A stretch of 64,000 bases of DNA from Malacoraja senta (lineage: Eukaryota): the NCBI GenBank assembly GCA_038087875.1, contig CM075989.1, forward strand, positions 8,124,001 to 8,188,000, in the 5' to 3' direction. Below are positions 12,071 to 24,761 of the stretch, piece after piece; the first letter of the stretch is position 1; the number at the start of each line of letters is the position of its first letter. The translations under genes were made by a program, and so were the position numbers. Below the pieces are notes generated by a model. The model saw nothing but the letters and a program-made list of their open reading frames with translations. It had not been told where the DNA came from and searched no databases.

Positions 12071-13957
12071 AAGTAATCCAAGCAGAGATTTTGCGATCCT
12101 TAAAGCCAGATTAAATAGGAAGTTGGGGAATAAAGGGTTACCGGAACAGAGGAAGATTATAAAATCAGGACCACTGATCACATGGAGAATAATAATCAAG
12201 CATAAAGATGGCTGATTGGAATGGATTTTCGCCTGTCATAATCTTCAACATTATCATATTCTGAGGTAATTCAATGTTTTCAACAATACATTACCCAATA
12301 TTTTAAGCCAAGGTAGACTTTTTGTTTCTCATGTGCCTTAAAAATGAAGTGACAGACTTAGAGCCTGGAAAAACAATACACAAATAACACATTTGCTTTT
12401 CAAACAATTTTCTGTTATTAATATATCTTAAAGGTACATATTGTTGCTTTTTATAAAGAGCATGGTGCTGTCTGGAAGAAATGATAGGAAACTGCTAAAA
12501 GGGCTGCTTAACTGGAATAACGAACACACTGTGAGATATGTAATCGTTACTTTTTTACCATTGGGTATTTATGTTCTTTGAAATAACTATTTTTACCCCT
12601 ATTAGAAACACAGAAAATTGATTAAAAAACTGTTCAGTGCTTCCCTGCTGATCAGTATAGTAACATCCCTGATATTTAAAAACATCTAAGCTTATTTTAG
12701 ATAAATGACCCTTACCCTTCTGAACAAGTGGAGGTGAAAGCCAGAGGGTTAACCCAACAATGTTGTGGAGAATGGTTTAAAGACTGTAGACCCATCAAAT
12801 AGTGACTGCAGTAACAGTGATAGGGAAGATATCAGATGAAGATGATAAGATCTAGCAATATTATGATATGCTCTTTGAAAGACCAAGTAATTAAGGGCTT
12901 TGGTGAATTGTTACAGTAGAAGAGATGAGGACTGTGGCAATTATTTTAAATGGGTGGGGGGGGGGGGGGGGTGCAGGCTTGAGGGTCCGAGTGGCCCACC
13001 CCTGATCTATATGTTATAAATGCATGAGAGAGTAACATATCTCAGTTGAAGTTCACTTATAGCAGTCCACTGAAAGTGGCAAAGACTCATTCAGTTCAAG
13101 AGCAAATGGGTTTGGGCAAAATCAATGGCATTATCAGTGATGTCCACAGCCTACGAATGAATTAAAAACCACCTTCCTTCAATTTCCTGATTCCCAATGT
13201 GCTCAAAATACCATCTGTCTTAGCCTGGATAAAATGCATCGAGACATCACATCCCTCAGGACATTTGCCAAAAACTCACAACTATCTGAGTGTCACAGAG
13301 TCATAGAGCTGTACAAACAAAAACAGGCCTTCAGCCCACTAGACTATACCAACCAAGTTGGCTAACCGAGCCAAGCCCACCGCCCCGCTCAATTTCTTTG
13401 AGGAAATGTCTCCTTACCCCAGTGACAACTGGCTGACTATTCCCACGTTCTCCCTTATTCCTAACCCAGGGAAAGCAGTTTCTCACCATTTTGTTGGTCA
13501 CTCCCTCTCAAAATTGTGAATGATTCCATGAGCACTTCCATTCATCTAAATTCAAGTGATTATTGACTATTCCACCTATTTTCTTCTCACTCTGCACGCC
13601 AGAGACAATTTGGGACCAACTCACTACAAAAGTGCCGTCAATCCTTACAATCAGGTTGGTGACCTGTCTATTTTTGATATTGGTTGAGCAGGAATCTTAG
13701 TGGCTCCTTCCCCTCTTCATAGTATCTTTGACATCCATCTGAATATTCTCTGCAGCTATCTTCTACCTCCAGAAACACAGCACACCATCATTATGAGCAG
13801 CAGACTTGTCTGTGTGCTCAACTAGTTAATCGAGGCTAGAAGCCATTGAGGCCACATTTGGTGCAGCTCATAGGGTGCCCCAGCATGTAGAGTGGCAGAA
13901 TCTGGGAGAATAAATAAACCGGGGGACAATAACATTGTAAATGGGTGCTTGATGGAT

Positions 13958-14157
13958 NNNNNNNNNNNNNNNNNNNNNNNNNNNNNNNNNNNNNNNNNNN
14001 NNNNNNNNNNNNNNNNNNNNNNNNNNNNNNNNNNNNNNNNNNNNNNNNNNNNNNNNNNNNNNNNNNNNNNNNNNNNNNNNNNNNNNNNNNNNNNNNNNNN
14101 NNNNNNNNNNNNNNNNNNNNNNNNNNNNNNNNNNNNNNNNNNNNNNNNNNNNNNNNN
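13958..14157. other. Assembly gap (200 N)
   Basis: Run of exactly 200 N, so probably a fixed-size scaffolding gap. A Penelope repeat begins directly at its right edge. Confidence 0.99.
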
Positions 14158-15652
14158 CATCTCTGGAGAGAAAGAATTGGTGCCGTTTCGGGTCAAGACC
14201 CTTCTTCAGACTGGTTAGGGATAAGGGGAACGAGAGATATAGACGGTGATGTGGAGAGTTAAAGAACAATAAATGAAAGATATGCAAAAAAGTAACGATG
14301 ATAAAGGAAACAGGCCATTGTAAGCTGTTTGTAGGGTGAAAATGAGAAGCTGGTGCAACTTGGGTGGGGGAGGGATAGAGAGAGAGGGAATGCCGGGGCT
14401 ACCTGAAGTGAGAGAAATGAATATTCATACCACCGTTCTGTAAGCTGCCCAAGCGAAATATGAGATGCTGTTGCTCCAATTTGCATTTAGCCTCACTCTG
14501 ACAATGGAGGAGACCTAGGACAGAAAGGTCTGTGTAGGAATGGGATGGAGAATTAAAGTGTCCAGCAAGCGGGAGATCAGGTTGGTTCACGCAGGCTGAG
14601 CGAAGGTGTTCCTCAAAACGATCGGCTTGTCTGCGTTTGGTCTCGTCGATGTATAAGAGTCCACATCTTGAATGACGGATACAGTAGATGAGGTTGGAGG
14701 CGTGTGAAAGTGAACCTCTGCCTAACCTGAAAGGACTGTTGGGGTCCCTGGACAGAGTCGAGGGGGGAGGTATAGCGACAGGTGTTGCATCTTCTGCGGT
14801 TGCAGGGGAAGGTACCTGGGGAGGGGGTGGTTTGCGTAGGAAGGGATGAGTTAAGCAGGGAATTGCGGAGGGAACGGTCTCTGCGGAAGGCGGAAAGGGG
14901 TGGAGATGGGAACATGTGGCTGGTGGTGGGATCCCCTTAGAGGTGGTGGAAATTTCGGAGGATTATGTGTTGTATGCGACAGCAGATGGGGTGGAAGGTA
15001 AGGACTAGGGGGACACTGTCTCTGTTGCGACTAGGGGGAGGAGCAGCAAGCGCAGAGCCGCAGGGTACCAAGGCGCATGAGTGAGGGCCTCAGCTATGAT
15101 GGGCGAGGGGAACCCCCGTTCCCTAAAGAATGAGGACCTCGGACGTTCTAGTATGGAACACCTCATCTTGGGCGCAGATGCAGCGTAGGTGGAGGAATTG
15201 GGAGTAGGGGATTGAGTTTTTGCAGGAAGCAGGGTGGGAAGAAGTGTAGTCGAGATAGTTGTGGGAGTCAATGGGTTTGTAATAGATCAATAGGGCTGAG
15301 CGAAGGTGTTCCGCGAAACAATCAATAGTCTATTTCTTGTGATGGAGACTGTGAGGTCAAGAAAGGGGAGGGAGGTGTCGGAGATGGCCCAAGTAAATTT
15401 GAGTGCAGGATGAAAATTGGTAGTGAGGTTGATGAAGTCCACGAGTTCTGCGTGGGTGCAGGAGGTAGCACCAATGCAGTCATCAATGTAACGGAGAAAG
15501 AGTTCGGGGATAGGGCCAGTGTACGCCTGGAACAGGGATTGTTCAACGTACCCTACAAAGAGGCAGTCATAGCTGGGGCCCATGCGGGTGCCCGTAGCTA
15601 CGCCTTGGACTTGGAGGAAGTAGGAGGAGTCACAAGAGAAGTTGTTGAGGGT
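14158..15652 (-). mobile_element. Penelope-like retroelement (RT C-terminal half, GIY-YIG endonuclease, 3' region), decayed
   Basis: GTRMGPSYDCLFVGYVE...FLRYIDDCIG...NFHPALKFT (PLE RT), Cys linker FPCNRRRCNTC, and GHFNSPSHS...LEQQHLIFRLGSLQNGGMNIHFS (GIY-YIG C-terminus). Frameshifted; cut by the gap. Confidence 0.9.
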
Positions 15653-15954
15653 GATGACATAGCTCTTCTGGGCAGACTAAACTACCATCATACATTCCCT
15701 TAACATCAAAGACCTGTGGGTACCACTGGGCCATGCACATCATACAATGCCTACAGAGACTGGGCATTAGGGGCTGGTGACTCAAGATCCAACATCCCAG
15801 GCTCAAGTCAAAAGTGAAATGTAATTCTCTCCACTTGACTCAGTGATGAACTGTTCCATCAACACTCAGAACACTAAAGACCACCCAAGCTAAAAGCCGA
15901 CTGTGATGGCAGCTCAAAACCCATCCCCAACACCAAGAGACAAGAGTGGGAGAC

Positions 15955-16056
15955 CTTCTTTGGTCTGAAGAAGGGTTCCGAGGCAAAACGTCACCCATCC
16001 TTTGTCTCCAGAGATGCTGCCTGACCCTCTGAGTTACTCCAGCACTTTGTGCCTAT
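15955..16056 (+). mobile_element. Penelope-like terminal fragment
   Basis: ggtctgaagaagggttccgaggcaaaacgtcacccatcc...gagttactccagcactttgtg. Confidence 0.7.
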
Positions 16057-16411
16057 CAAAAGTACAAGGGCAACAGGTGTATTAGAACACCACCACCTGC
16101 AGGCCTCGCTCCACATTGCACCACATCCAGAGTAGAAAATATTGTTGCTATTTAACCACAAGAGAATTGTCTAATTAAAAAAGCTTGCTAAAATTTCGTC
16201 CTCAAAACACTCGATCAAATGAAGTCACATGAAATCCAACTGTGGGTCCTTTGCATTTACGTTATAACACCAATTCATGAGATGCTGTTTTAACACTTGT
16301 CACCGTAATGGAGGCTGAAAGAATTATTTTCAATACAAAAAGCAAGCAAACACTACAGGCATCAGAAATGTTGCTACGATTTGGATTCTTTTAAGAGTCT
16401 TAATTTCAAGG

Positions 16412-16608
16412 AGATAGACTCAAAATGCTGGAGTAACCAGGTAAGGTTGCATCTCTGTAAAAAAGAATAGGTGGCGTTTCGGATCGAAACAATTCTTCAG
16501 ACTTCAGATCCAAAATGTTACCCATTCCTTTTCTCCAGAGATGCCACCTGACCTGCTGAGTTATTCCAGTATTTTGTGTCTATTTTCAGTGTAAACCAGC
16601 ATCTGGAG
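16412..16608. mobile_element. Fold-back Penelope-like terminal repeat element
   Basis: gatagactcaaaatgctggagtaa...ttcttcagac followed by its approximate reverse complement ...gctgagttattccagtattttgtgtctat. Abuts a CR1. Confidence 0.75.
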
Positions 16609-17712
16609 CACATGGTATTGGGGGTAGGGTATTGACATGGATAGAGAACTGGTTGGCAGACAGGAAGCAAAGAGTAGGAATTAACGGGTCCTTTTCAGAA
16701 TGGCAGGTAGTGACTAGCGGGGTGCTGCAAGGCTCGGTGTTGGGACCCCAGTTATTTACAATATACATTTTAACAATTTAGTCGAGGGAATTAAATGTGA
16801 AATCTCCAAGTTTGCAGATGACACAAAGCTGGGTGGCAGTATGAGCTGCGATGAGGTTGCAGGGTGACTTGGATAGATTGGGTGAGTCGGCAGATGCATG
16901 GCAGATGCAGCATAATGTGGATAAATGTGAGGTTATCCACCTTGGTGGCTTGAAAAGGAAGGCAGATTATTATCTGAATGGTGTCAGATTAGGAAAAGGG
17001 GGAGTGCAACGAGACCCGGGTATGCTTGTACATCAGTCACTGAAAGTAAGCATGCAGGTACAGCAGGCAGTGAAGAAAGCTAATGGGATGTTGGCCTTCA
17101 TTGCAAGAGGATTTGAATTTAGGAGCAAGGAGGTCCTACTGCAGTTGTGCAGGGCCCTGGTGAGATCGCACCTGGAGTATTGTGTGCAATTTTGGTCTCC
17201 TAGTTTGAGGAAGGACATTATAGCTATTGATTGAGTGCAGTGTAGGTTCACCAGGTTAATTGCTGGGATGGCGGGGCTGACATATGATGAAAGAATGGGT
17301 CGACTGGGCTTGTATTCACTGGAATTTAGAAGGATGAGAGGGATTCTTATAGAAACATATAAAATTCTTAAAGAATTGGACAGACTAGATGCAGAAAAAA
17401 TGTTCCTGATGTTGGGGGAGTCCAGAAACAGGGGTCACAGTTTAAGAATAAGGGATAGGCCATTTAGGACTGAGATGAGGAAAAACTCGCACAGTGAATC
17501 TGTGGAATTCTCTGCCACAGAAGGCAGTGGAAGCCAATTCACTGGATGTTTTCAAGAGAGTTAGATTTAGCTCTTAGGGTTCAAGGAATCAAGGGATATG
17601 GTGAAAAAGGGAACGGGGTACTGATTTTAGATGATCAGCCATGATCATATTGAATGGTGGTGCTGGCTCTAAGGGCCGAATGGCCTACTCCTTCACCTAT
17701 TTTTCTATGTTC
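16609..17712 (+). mobile_element. CR1-like LINE, RT 3' half plus tail
   Basis: SGVLQGSVLGPQLFTIYI...ISKFADDTKLGG...LQGDLDRL...HLEYCVQFWSP...; several frameshifts; tail aagggccgaatggcctactccttcacctattttctatg. Confidence 0.92.
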
Positions 17713-18004
17713 CTCTGAGGATCTCAGAGCAGAGCCATGACCTGTGGGCAGGATTGCATTTCTGTCTCATCCCGATCACAATCACTTCCATAGAGGCAAT
17801 CATGGTCCAAGTCAATAAATTAACCAAAAGACCATACAAGCTAAAATAAATATAGCATTTATTCATACAATAGAAAATGCACAGACATTACACGGCAAGT
17901 GCATTGCAGATCAATCACAACCACGATACATTCTCAAGTTAAACAAGTTAAAAAATAATTGTGCAGAGCTTAATGTCTTGGAACCCAAGCTGTCTTTTGA
18001 TTTA

Positions 18005-19020
18005 GAAACAAAGAACTGCAGTTGCAGGTTTACAAAAAATGATACAAAGTGCTGGAGTAACTCAGCGAGTCAAGCGCATCTCTATAGAATACGGATAGGT
18101 GACATTTCAGGTAGGGACCCTTCTTCAGACTGATTGTGCGGGTGGGGGAAGAAGAGGAGGGGCAGGACAAAACCATGCAAGGGGGGGGGGGGGGGGGGGT
18201 TGATAGACAGATAGTTGGACACAGGCCAGAGATGAAAGACAAGGCGTGGGACAAAAGGATTGAAGAGTTTTGATTTGTGAAGCTAGAGGAAGAAATGTAG
18301 GTGAAAGGAGAGGGGGATGCAGAGATATGGATGCAAATCCAGGTGGGGAACTGGGATGAGGGGGGGGTGGGGCAAAAGAAACGGGGGCAGGGGCTGATAG
18401 TTACCTAAATTAGAGAATTCAATGTTCCTACCATTCAGTTATAAGCTACTATCGTGGTTTTAAGACTCAAAGTTTGGATAAGATGACACAGACACGGAGA
18501 ATTCTTCAAGAAGACGAAAAGCCTTTATTTGCAAACAACTTTTGGCTTGGAACATTCAGAGACAACACGGCCTGGTCTCTCTCTAATTGTTCTCTGATCT
18601 ACAGAAACAAGCAGCATTATATTACACTCTTTCAGCCTTATCTTAGGCTACTTGGTATGCATGCTTCTGTAACTTTAATCTCTCACTATGTCCTTGCTCT
18701 TTGACTTTAATCTCTGAGCCGACCATGGCGTACTAGCTAAAGCAAAAAAACAAGACGTTGCTTGTTTTTATGCCATGATGTCTGTTCACATAAAAATAGC
18801 TTTAATAAATGTTTCAAGCACATCACTAGATAAATGTTAAATGCTGCAAAACTAACAATCACGTGAGTCTGAGTACAATAAGATGATGTCTGATTACATA
18901 AAATAGCTGACATCTCTGCTGGCTATGATGAATGTTTTAATTAATTGTTCTTCTATATAATTTCTTATATAACTTCTATACTACCCAAGAGGAATCTGGA
19001 ATGCTGTTCCTCAAGTTTGT
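18005..19020 (-). mobile_element. Penelope-like 3' fragment interrupted by a solo LTR
   Basis: Terminal motif at 18005-18135, purine-rich UTR, ttacctaaattagagaattcaatgttc (reverse of NIEFSNLG). Resumes at 18981 with ctacccaagaggaat...tgctgttcctc. Confidence 0.75.
18450..18980 (-). mobile_element. Solo LTR (ERV/LTR-retrotransposon type), 531 bp, 4-bp TSD
   Basis: CTAC at 18446-18449 and 18981-18984 duplicates host Penelope sequence. Ends TAT...ATA (TG...CA with one transition each). Minus-strand AATAAA at ~18524-18529, about 75 nt from the 3' end. Confidence 0.72.
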
Positions 19021-19548
19021 GTGTGACTGGCTTATGATTTTCTCTCTATTTCTGTCTGCTATCACTATCTCTCTCATTTCCAACTCAAGGATCTTGCATG
19101 CATATTTCCTTTTTAGCTAGAGCTATGAATTTCTTCACTAAATAAATATTGATAACAACTATTGGTTTACAGAATGAAATTGCCATTAGAACTCCAATAG
19201 TGTGTACTTATAGCTTCCAAAATTTACTGATGTTAATTCGACTACCAATGATACCAATCAAAAAAAACACTTAACGAATTTAGCAACGTCAAGACAAATT
19301 TCTACTGCAGCACACAACCCCAATTAAATCTCAAAGCAAATTCTCAGCTCTGTTCTATTCATATTCATTGACAGAAAACACTATTTCATATTTAAGAGGG
19401 CAATTTAAACTTGCTGTAATGAATATTTAAAATTTTACACACATACAGAAATCTGAAATGTCATGTATATTCAGACATTAGCTCAAAGAAAACAAATGCA
19501 GTAACAATGCTGCTGATGCAGGCAGTAATAATGTAAAAGTGTAAAAAT

Positions 19549-19979
19549 CGGCTCTGACCTCCCTTCCATCGAGGGGATCTATCGCAGTCGATGCCTCAAA
19601 AAGGCTGCCAGCATCATCAAGGACCCACACCATCCTGGCCACACACTCATCTCCCTGCTACCTTCAGGTAGAAGGTACAGGAGCCTGAAGACTGCAATGA
19701 CCAGGTTCAGGAATAGCTACTTCCCCACAGCCATCAGGCTATTAAACTTGGCTCGGACAAAACTATGAACATTAATAGCCCATTATCTGTTATTTGCACT
19801 TTATCAGTTTATTTATTCATGTGTGTATATATTTATATAATGGTATATGGACACACTGATCTGTTTTGTAGTCAATGCCTACTATGTTCTGTTGTGCTGA
19901 AGCAAAGCAAGAATTTCATTGTCCTATCAGGGACACATGACAATAAACTCACTTGAACTCACTTGAACTTGAACTTGAG
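19549..19979 (+). mobile_element. Rex1/Babar-like LINE 3' fragment
   Basis: KAASIIKDPHHPGHTLISLLPSGRRYRSLKT...RFRNSYFPTAIRLLN, tail catgacaataaa then (cttgaa)n. Confidence 0.8.
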
Positions 19980-20622
19980 AAGTGAGAAGCACTGTTCAAT
20001 GTTGCGAGAGTTCTATAGATGGAATTTTCAGGACATCTTTTATGAAATATTTAACTTCGTCAAAGTTTTTGTTTAAAAAAATCATATTTTCATGCTGTCC
20101 AGCATCACATTGCATTGCTATTTTAATTTCTCTTTGCAGTGCCTTTACTACTGCAACTATCCATACCCACTTCTGGCTATTGTTTCTATCTGCAGACTTG
20201 ATCAAAACATTTATATGTTCCTTGTCATTTCTTGCTTTATTCACAGATTTATCGTAGAAAAGATGTCACTCAAAAAAATATTCAACCTCCATCACTAACT
20301 CTTTCTCTTTGTTACCTCTAATAAACCATTGGCAGCAGAAAGCTTCTGAACTAAAATATTCCTATATTAGGAAGCTTGAACCAACAGCATATATTTTTGT
20401 TTCAGGAACAGAATACTCAGTTGTAAGCAAAGGAAACTGGGATTGTGTGTGTTGAGATCCGCTCCATACAAATCAAGAGATATCATTGAATCATTATACA
20501 GTTTACTGGGTAAGCTGCATCTGGAATTTAGCTCTATTGCGCCCATTATATGGTGGTAAATGAAAACCACTCAGGGACTGTACAACGAGCAGAGTCTTTC
20601 ACATCAAAGAACTAAGGCCAAG

Positions 20623-20972
20623 GCAAGTCAAGTCAAGAGTCAAGAGTCAAGAGAGTTTATTGTCATATGTCCCAGATAGGACAATGAAATTCTTGCTTTG
20701 CATCAGCACAACGGAATATAGAATAACGAATACAGAACATATCATATCAGTGTGTCCATACACCATTATATAAATATATACACACATCAATAAATAAGGA
20801 GATCAAGTGCAAATAAACAGATAATGGTCTATTAGTGTTCAGAGATTTGTTTCAGTTGAGTTTAATAGCCTGATGAGTGCGGGGAAGTAGCTATTTCTGA
20901 ACCTGGACGTTGCAGTCTTCAGGCTCCTGAACCTTCGACCTAAAGGTAGCGGGGAGATGAGTGTGTGGCCAG
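20623..20972 (-). mobile_element. Rex1/Babar-like LINE 3' fragment, inverted relative to 19549-19979
   Basis: Reverse complement aligns along its length with ~19635-19950; tail (ctcttga)n. Confidence 0.8.
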
Positions 20973-21054
20973 CTCCCCAAAGCCACCTGCATCAGCTATT
21001 GTTTTGGAGTGGAATAGAACATGGCAACCTGACAGAGTTATGAGTGTTGATTCT

Positions 21055-21365
21055 ACACAGTGGCACAGCTGGTAGAGCTGCTGCCACACAGCGCCCGAGA
21101 TCCCGGTTCAATCCTGTCCTCAGGTGCTGACTGTGCGGACTTTGCATGTTCTCCCTATGAACAAGTGGATTTCCTCCGGGTGCGCCGGTTTCCTTCCACA
21201 CCTCAAAGATGTGCAGTTTGTGCAGGCTAATTGGCTTCTGTAATTGCCTTTTGTGTGTAGGCAGTGGATGTGAAAGTGGGATAATATTAACCAGTGTGAA
21301 AAGGTGATCGATGATCAGCGTGGACTTAGTGAGTCAAGAGACTTGTTCTATGCTGTATCTTTCAA
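21055..21365 (+). mobile_element. V-SINE (HE1-like)
   Basis: cacagtggcacagctggtagagctgctgcc...ggttcaatcc...gccggtttccttccacacctcaaaga...ctgtatctttcaat. Confidence 0.82.
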
Positions 21366-21399
21366 TAAAAAACCCCAACATTGATGATGGGGAAGAATG

Positions 21400-24351
21400 A
21401 CCTTTAAAAAAAAAAAAAAATTAAAATATTTTATTTATTGGAAGTACATTACATTTTGATAGTACCTTTTTACAGGTTCCCAAAGTTATTATAACATTCA
21501 TTTAGAAAGAAATGAGAAAGAAAGAAGTAGTAAAGAGTAAAGGAAAGTCTAGTGAATGTGAAGTAAAGAAAAGAAATAAGTAAGAAAGTGAAGCAGAAAG
21601 GAGATTCTCCCTCGCCACAAGTCAATGTTTTTTTATATTCTTGATCATTTTTCGCCCAAACCTAGAATTTTTAATTTTACGATACTGTTGCACCACATGA
21701 ATCCCAAAAGTCAATAAATGGAGACCAACTCGTTAAGAATTGGTCTTGTTTGTCTATTAGGAGGAGTCTCATTTCTTCCAAGTGGGCAGTTTCCAACATA
21801 TTACCAATCCACATTTTGAGTGTTGGTATAGTAGCATTTTTCCAAAATTTAAGTATGAGTTTTTTTGCTGTTATTAAACCATAATTAAAAAATGAAATTT
21901 GGGATATATTTAATTTGTTCCCATCTCCTATTACTCCAAAGATAATCATTTCAATGTTAGGTTCCATTTTTATCTCAAATAAACTAGTGAATATATCAAA
22001 TATATCACACCAAAATCCATGAAGTTTTGTGCAAGAAACGAATGAGTGTGTGATATTGGCGTTTTGAGAAAGACATTTATCACAGATGGGAGAAATATTT
22101 GAATAAAATTTATTCCACCTAACTTTTGAATAATATAATCTATGTAATATTTTAAATTGAATTAAATTGTGTCTAGCGTTAATAGAACATTTATGTATAT
22201 ATATCAAATACCTTTCCCATGTTTCTTTAGAAATTTTTGTCATTAATTATTTTTCCCAGTCTTCTCTAATTGCCTCTGTTGATGGCAATTCTCTGTTAAG
22301 AATACTATTATATAAATATGATATTAATTTTTGTGAGTCCGCCTTAATATTCATTGCTTCTTCCAGTGGGTCTATCATCTTGGTATATATTTTTTTATAA
22401 AGTCACATATCTGTAAATATTTAAAGTATTGGTTGTTATTCAGATTAAATTTTGATTTTAATTGTTGAAATGATAATAAATTTCCCAATTCATACATGTC
22501 ACCCACCTTTTTAATTCCCAATCTTTCCCATTGTCTATGTTTTATCCATAAAAGATGGTTTGAATACTGGATTATTCACTATTGGTGTTAATGATAAGTT
22601 TCTTAATTTTAAAGTTAATTTTATTTGTTTCCAAATTCGAATTATATGGTGTATAATTGGATTCTTCTTATATAATGTATTATTCAATTTTATCGGGGAG
22701 AAGAGGATCGTTCCTAAATCGTACGGAGAACAATCCTCTTTCTCCATTCTTATCCATTCCACCTGTTGAGAAGGACAATCCAACCAATAAATTATATTCT
22801 TAATATGCACTGCCCAATAATAATATACAAAATTAGGCAGTGCAAGTCCCCCAACATCTTTAGGTTTACACAAATGATTTCTTTTAATTCTATGTGCTTT
22901 GTAGTCCCAAATAAAATGAGTAATATTAGAGTCTAGTTAAAAAAAATATATATTTTGGTATATATATTGGTATGGATTGAAATAAATATATTATTTGTGG
23001 TAGAACTATCATTTTTATAGCATTAATTTTGCCAATTAATGATAATGGAAGCGTTTTCCAAAATGTAATCAGAGCGTTCAATTTATTTAATAAAGGACTA
23101 AAATTAGCGTTAAATAATTATTTATATCTTCTAGTAACTTGAATACCCAAATACGTAAATTTTTCCGTTGCAATTTTAAATGGAAATTTTAATAGGTGAT
23201 TCGCTTTCTGGGGCTGTAATGACATAATTTCACTTTTATTCCAATTTATTCTATATCCAGAAAAAGAACCGAATTCCTCTATTACGTTTAGTAAATTCGG
23301 AATACTCGTTTGTGAATTTCTAATATATAAAAGTATATCATCCACATATAACGAAATTTTGTTATTAGAGTCCTTAGTATTATATCCCTGAATATTCGGA
23401 TGTGTTCTTATCCTTTCAGCCAAAGGCTCTATCATAAGGGCAAATAGCAGGGGTGATAAAACACATCCCTGCCTATTTCCCCGTGATAATTGGAATTTTG
23501 GAGACAACATATTATTAGTTAATATTCTTGCCATCGGTTTATCATATAGTAAATTTACCCATCTAATAAAATTATCTCCCATATTAAATTTTTGAAGTAC
23601 TATGTATAAATACTGCCACTCTACCTGATCAAATGCTTTCTCTGCATAAAACTGATGTCTTCCTTTTCCACTTTATGTGAATACTTTATATTAAAAAGTC
23701 GTCCCGTTTGGTCCGGGTTTATCAATTTATTAATATATTTACTCAATCTTCTTGCTAAAATCTTTGCTAAAATTTTCTGATCTGTATTTAAAAGTGATAT
23801 AGCTCTGTACGAGCCCGGATCTTCTAAATCTTTATCTTTTTTTGGTATGAGCGTAATTGTAGATTCTGCTAGTGTTTCTGGTAATTTCTTTTCGGTAAAA
23901 GCATAAGTATATAATTTAAGTAATCGTGGGACCATTAACTCCTGAAATCTTTTATAAAATTCATTATTAAAACCATCAGGCCCTGGTGTCTTCCCATTTT
24001 TCAGTTCTGTTATTGTTTCTCTTATTTCTTCACTTGTGATCCGAGCTCCTAATTCTTCTTGTTCTAAGATATCCAATTTTGGCAAATTACAATTATCTAA
24101 AAAATGTATAATTTTATTGTCTTCTATTTTAGTTTTAGATGTATATAAATTTTGATAAAATTGAGCGAACCTTTTATTAATGTCCTTAGGTAAAGTTAAT
24201 AATTCCCCGTTCTCTGATTTAATTTTAATAATAGTTTTTTCCTTTTCTTGCTTCTTCAATTGTCATGCCAGAAGTTTATGTGGTTTATCCCCAAATTCAA
24301 ACTGTACTTGTTTTGTGATCTGAAATAATCTTGTTATTCTTGCCGATAATA
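21400..24351 (-). mobile_element. L1-clade LINE, 5'-truncated ORF2 (RT plus C-terminal zinc-binding region), frameshifted
   Basis: Successive minus-strand ORFs: FEFGDKPHKLLA, GKTPGPDGF...SYRAISLLNTDQKILAKILARRL, RGNRQGCVLSPLLFAL...ISLYVDDILLY, GGLALPNF, QFKILHRLYY...CDKC...HSFVSC. Very AT-rich, AATAAA at the 3' end. Candidate TSD GGAAGAATG at 21391-21399 and 24352-24360. Confidence 0.93.
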
Positions 24352-24434
24352 GGAAGAATGCACTTGGCGAAGCAGAACTAAAAATGGTTCCAGTACTCTT
24401 ACTGCACCCGTCAATGTGGCAAATTGTACTACAA

Positions 24435-24683
24435 AGTGGACACAAAATGCTGGAGTAACTCAGCGGGACAGGCAGCATCTCTGGAGAGAAGGAATGGGTG
24501 GTGTTTCGGGTCGAGTGGAGTAGAGGCGAGTGGGCGGGACAGAGGTAGAATGTAGTCCGAGACAGTAAGACTGGTGGGTGAACTGGGAAGGGGGAGGGGA
24601 TGGAGAGGGAAAGCAAGGGCTGTTTGAAGTTAGAGAAGTCAATGTTCATACCGCTAGGGTGTAAACTGCCCAAGCGAAATATG
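24435..24683 (-). mobile_element. Penelope-like 3' fragment with internal deletion
   Basis: IFRLGSLHPSGMNIDFSNFK* joined to cgacccgaaacaccacccattccttctctccagagatgctgcctgtcccgctgagttactccagc. Confidence 0.8.
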
Positions 24684-24761
24684 TACTACTATGTACTGTT
24701 CAGAAAAAGCATAAATCCAATCCCATTAATTATTGCCTAATCCACACATTGTGTTGGAAGG

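Noticed and set aside
13822..14287. ORFs spanning the N run
   Set aside because: Artefacts of translating the assembly gap.
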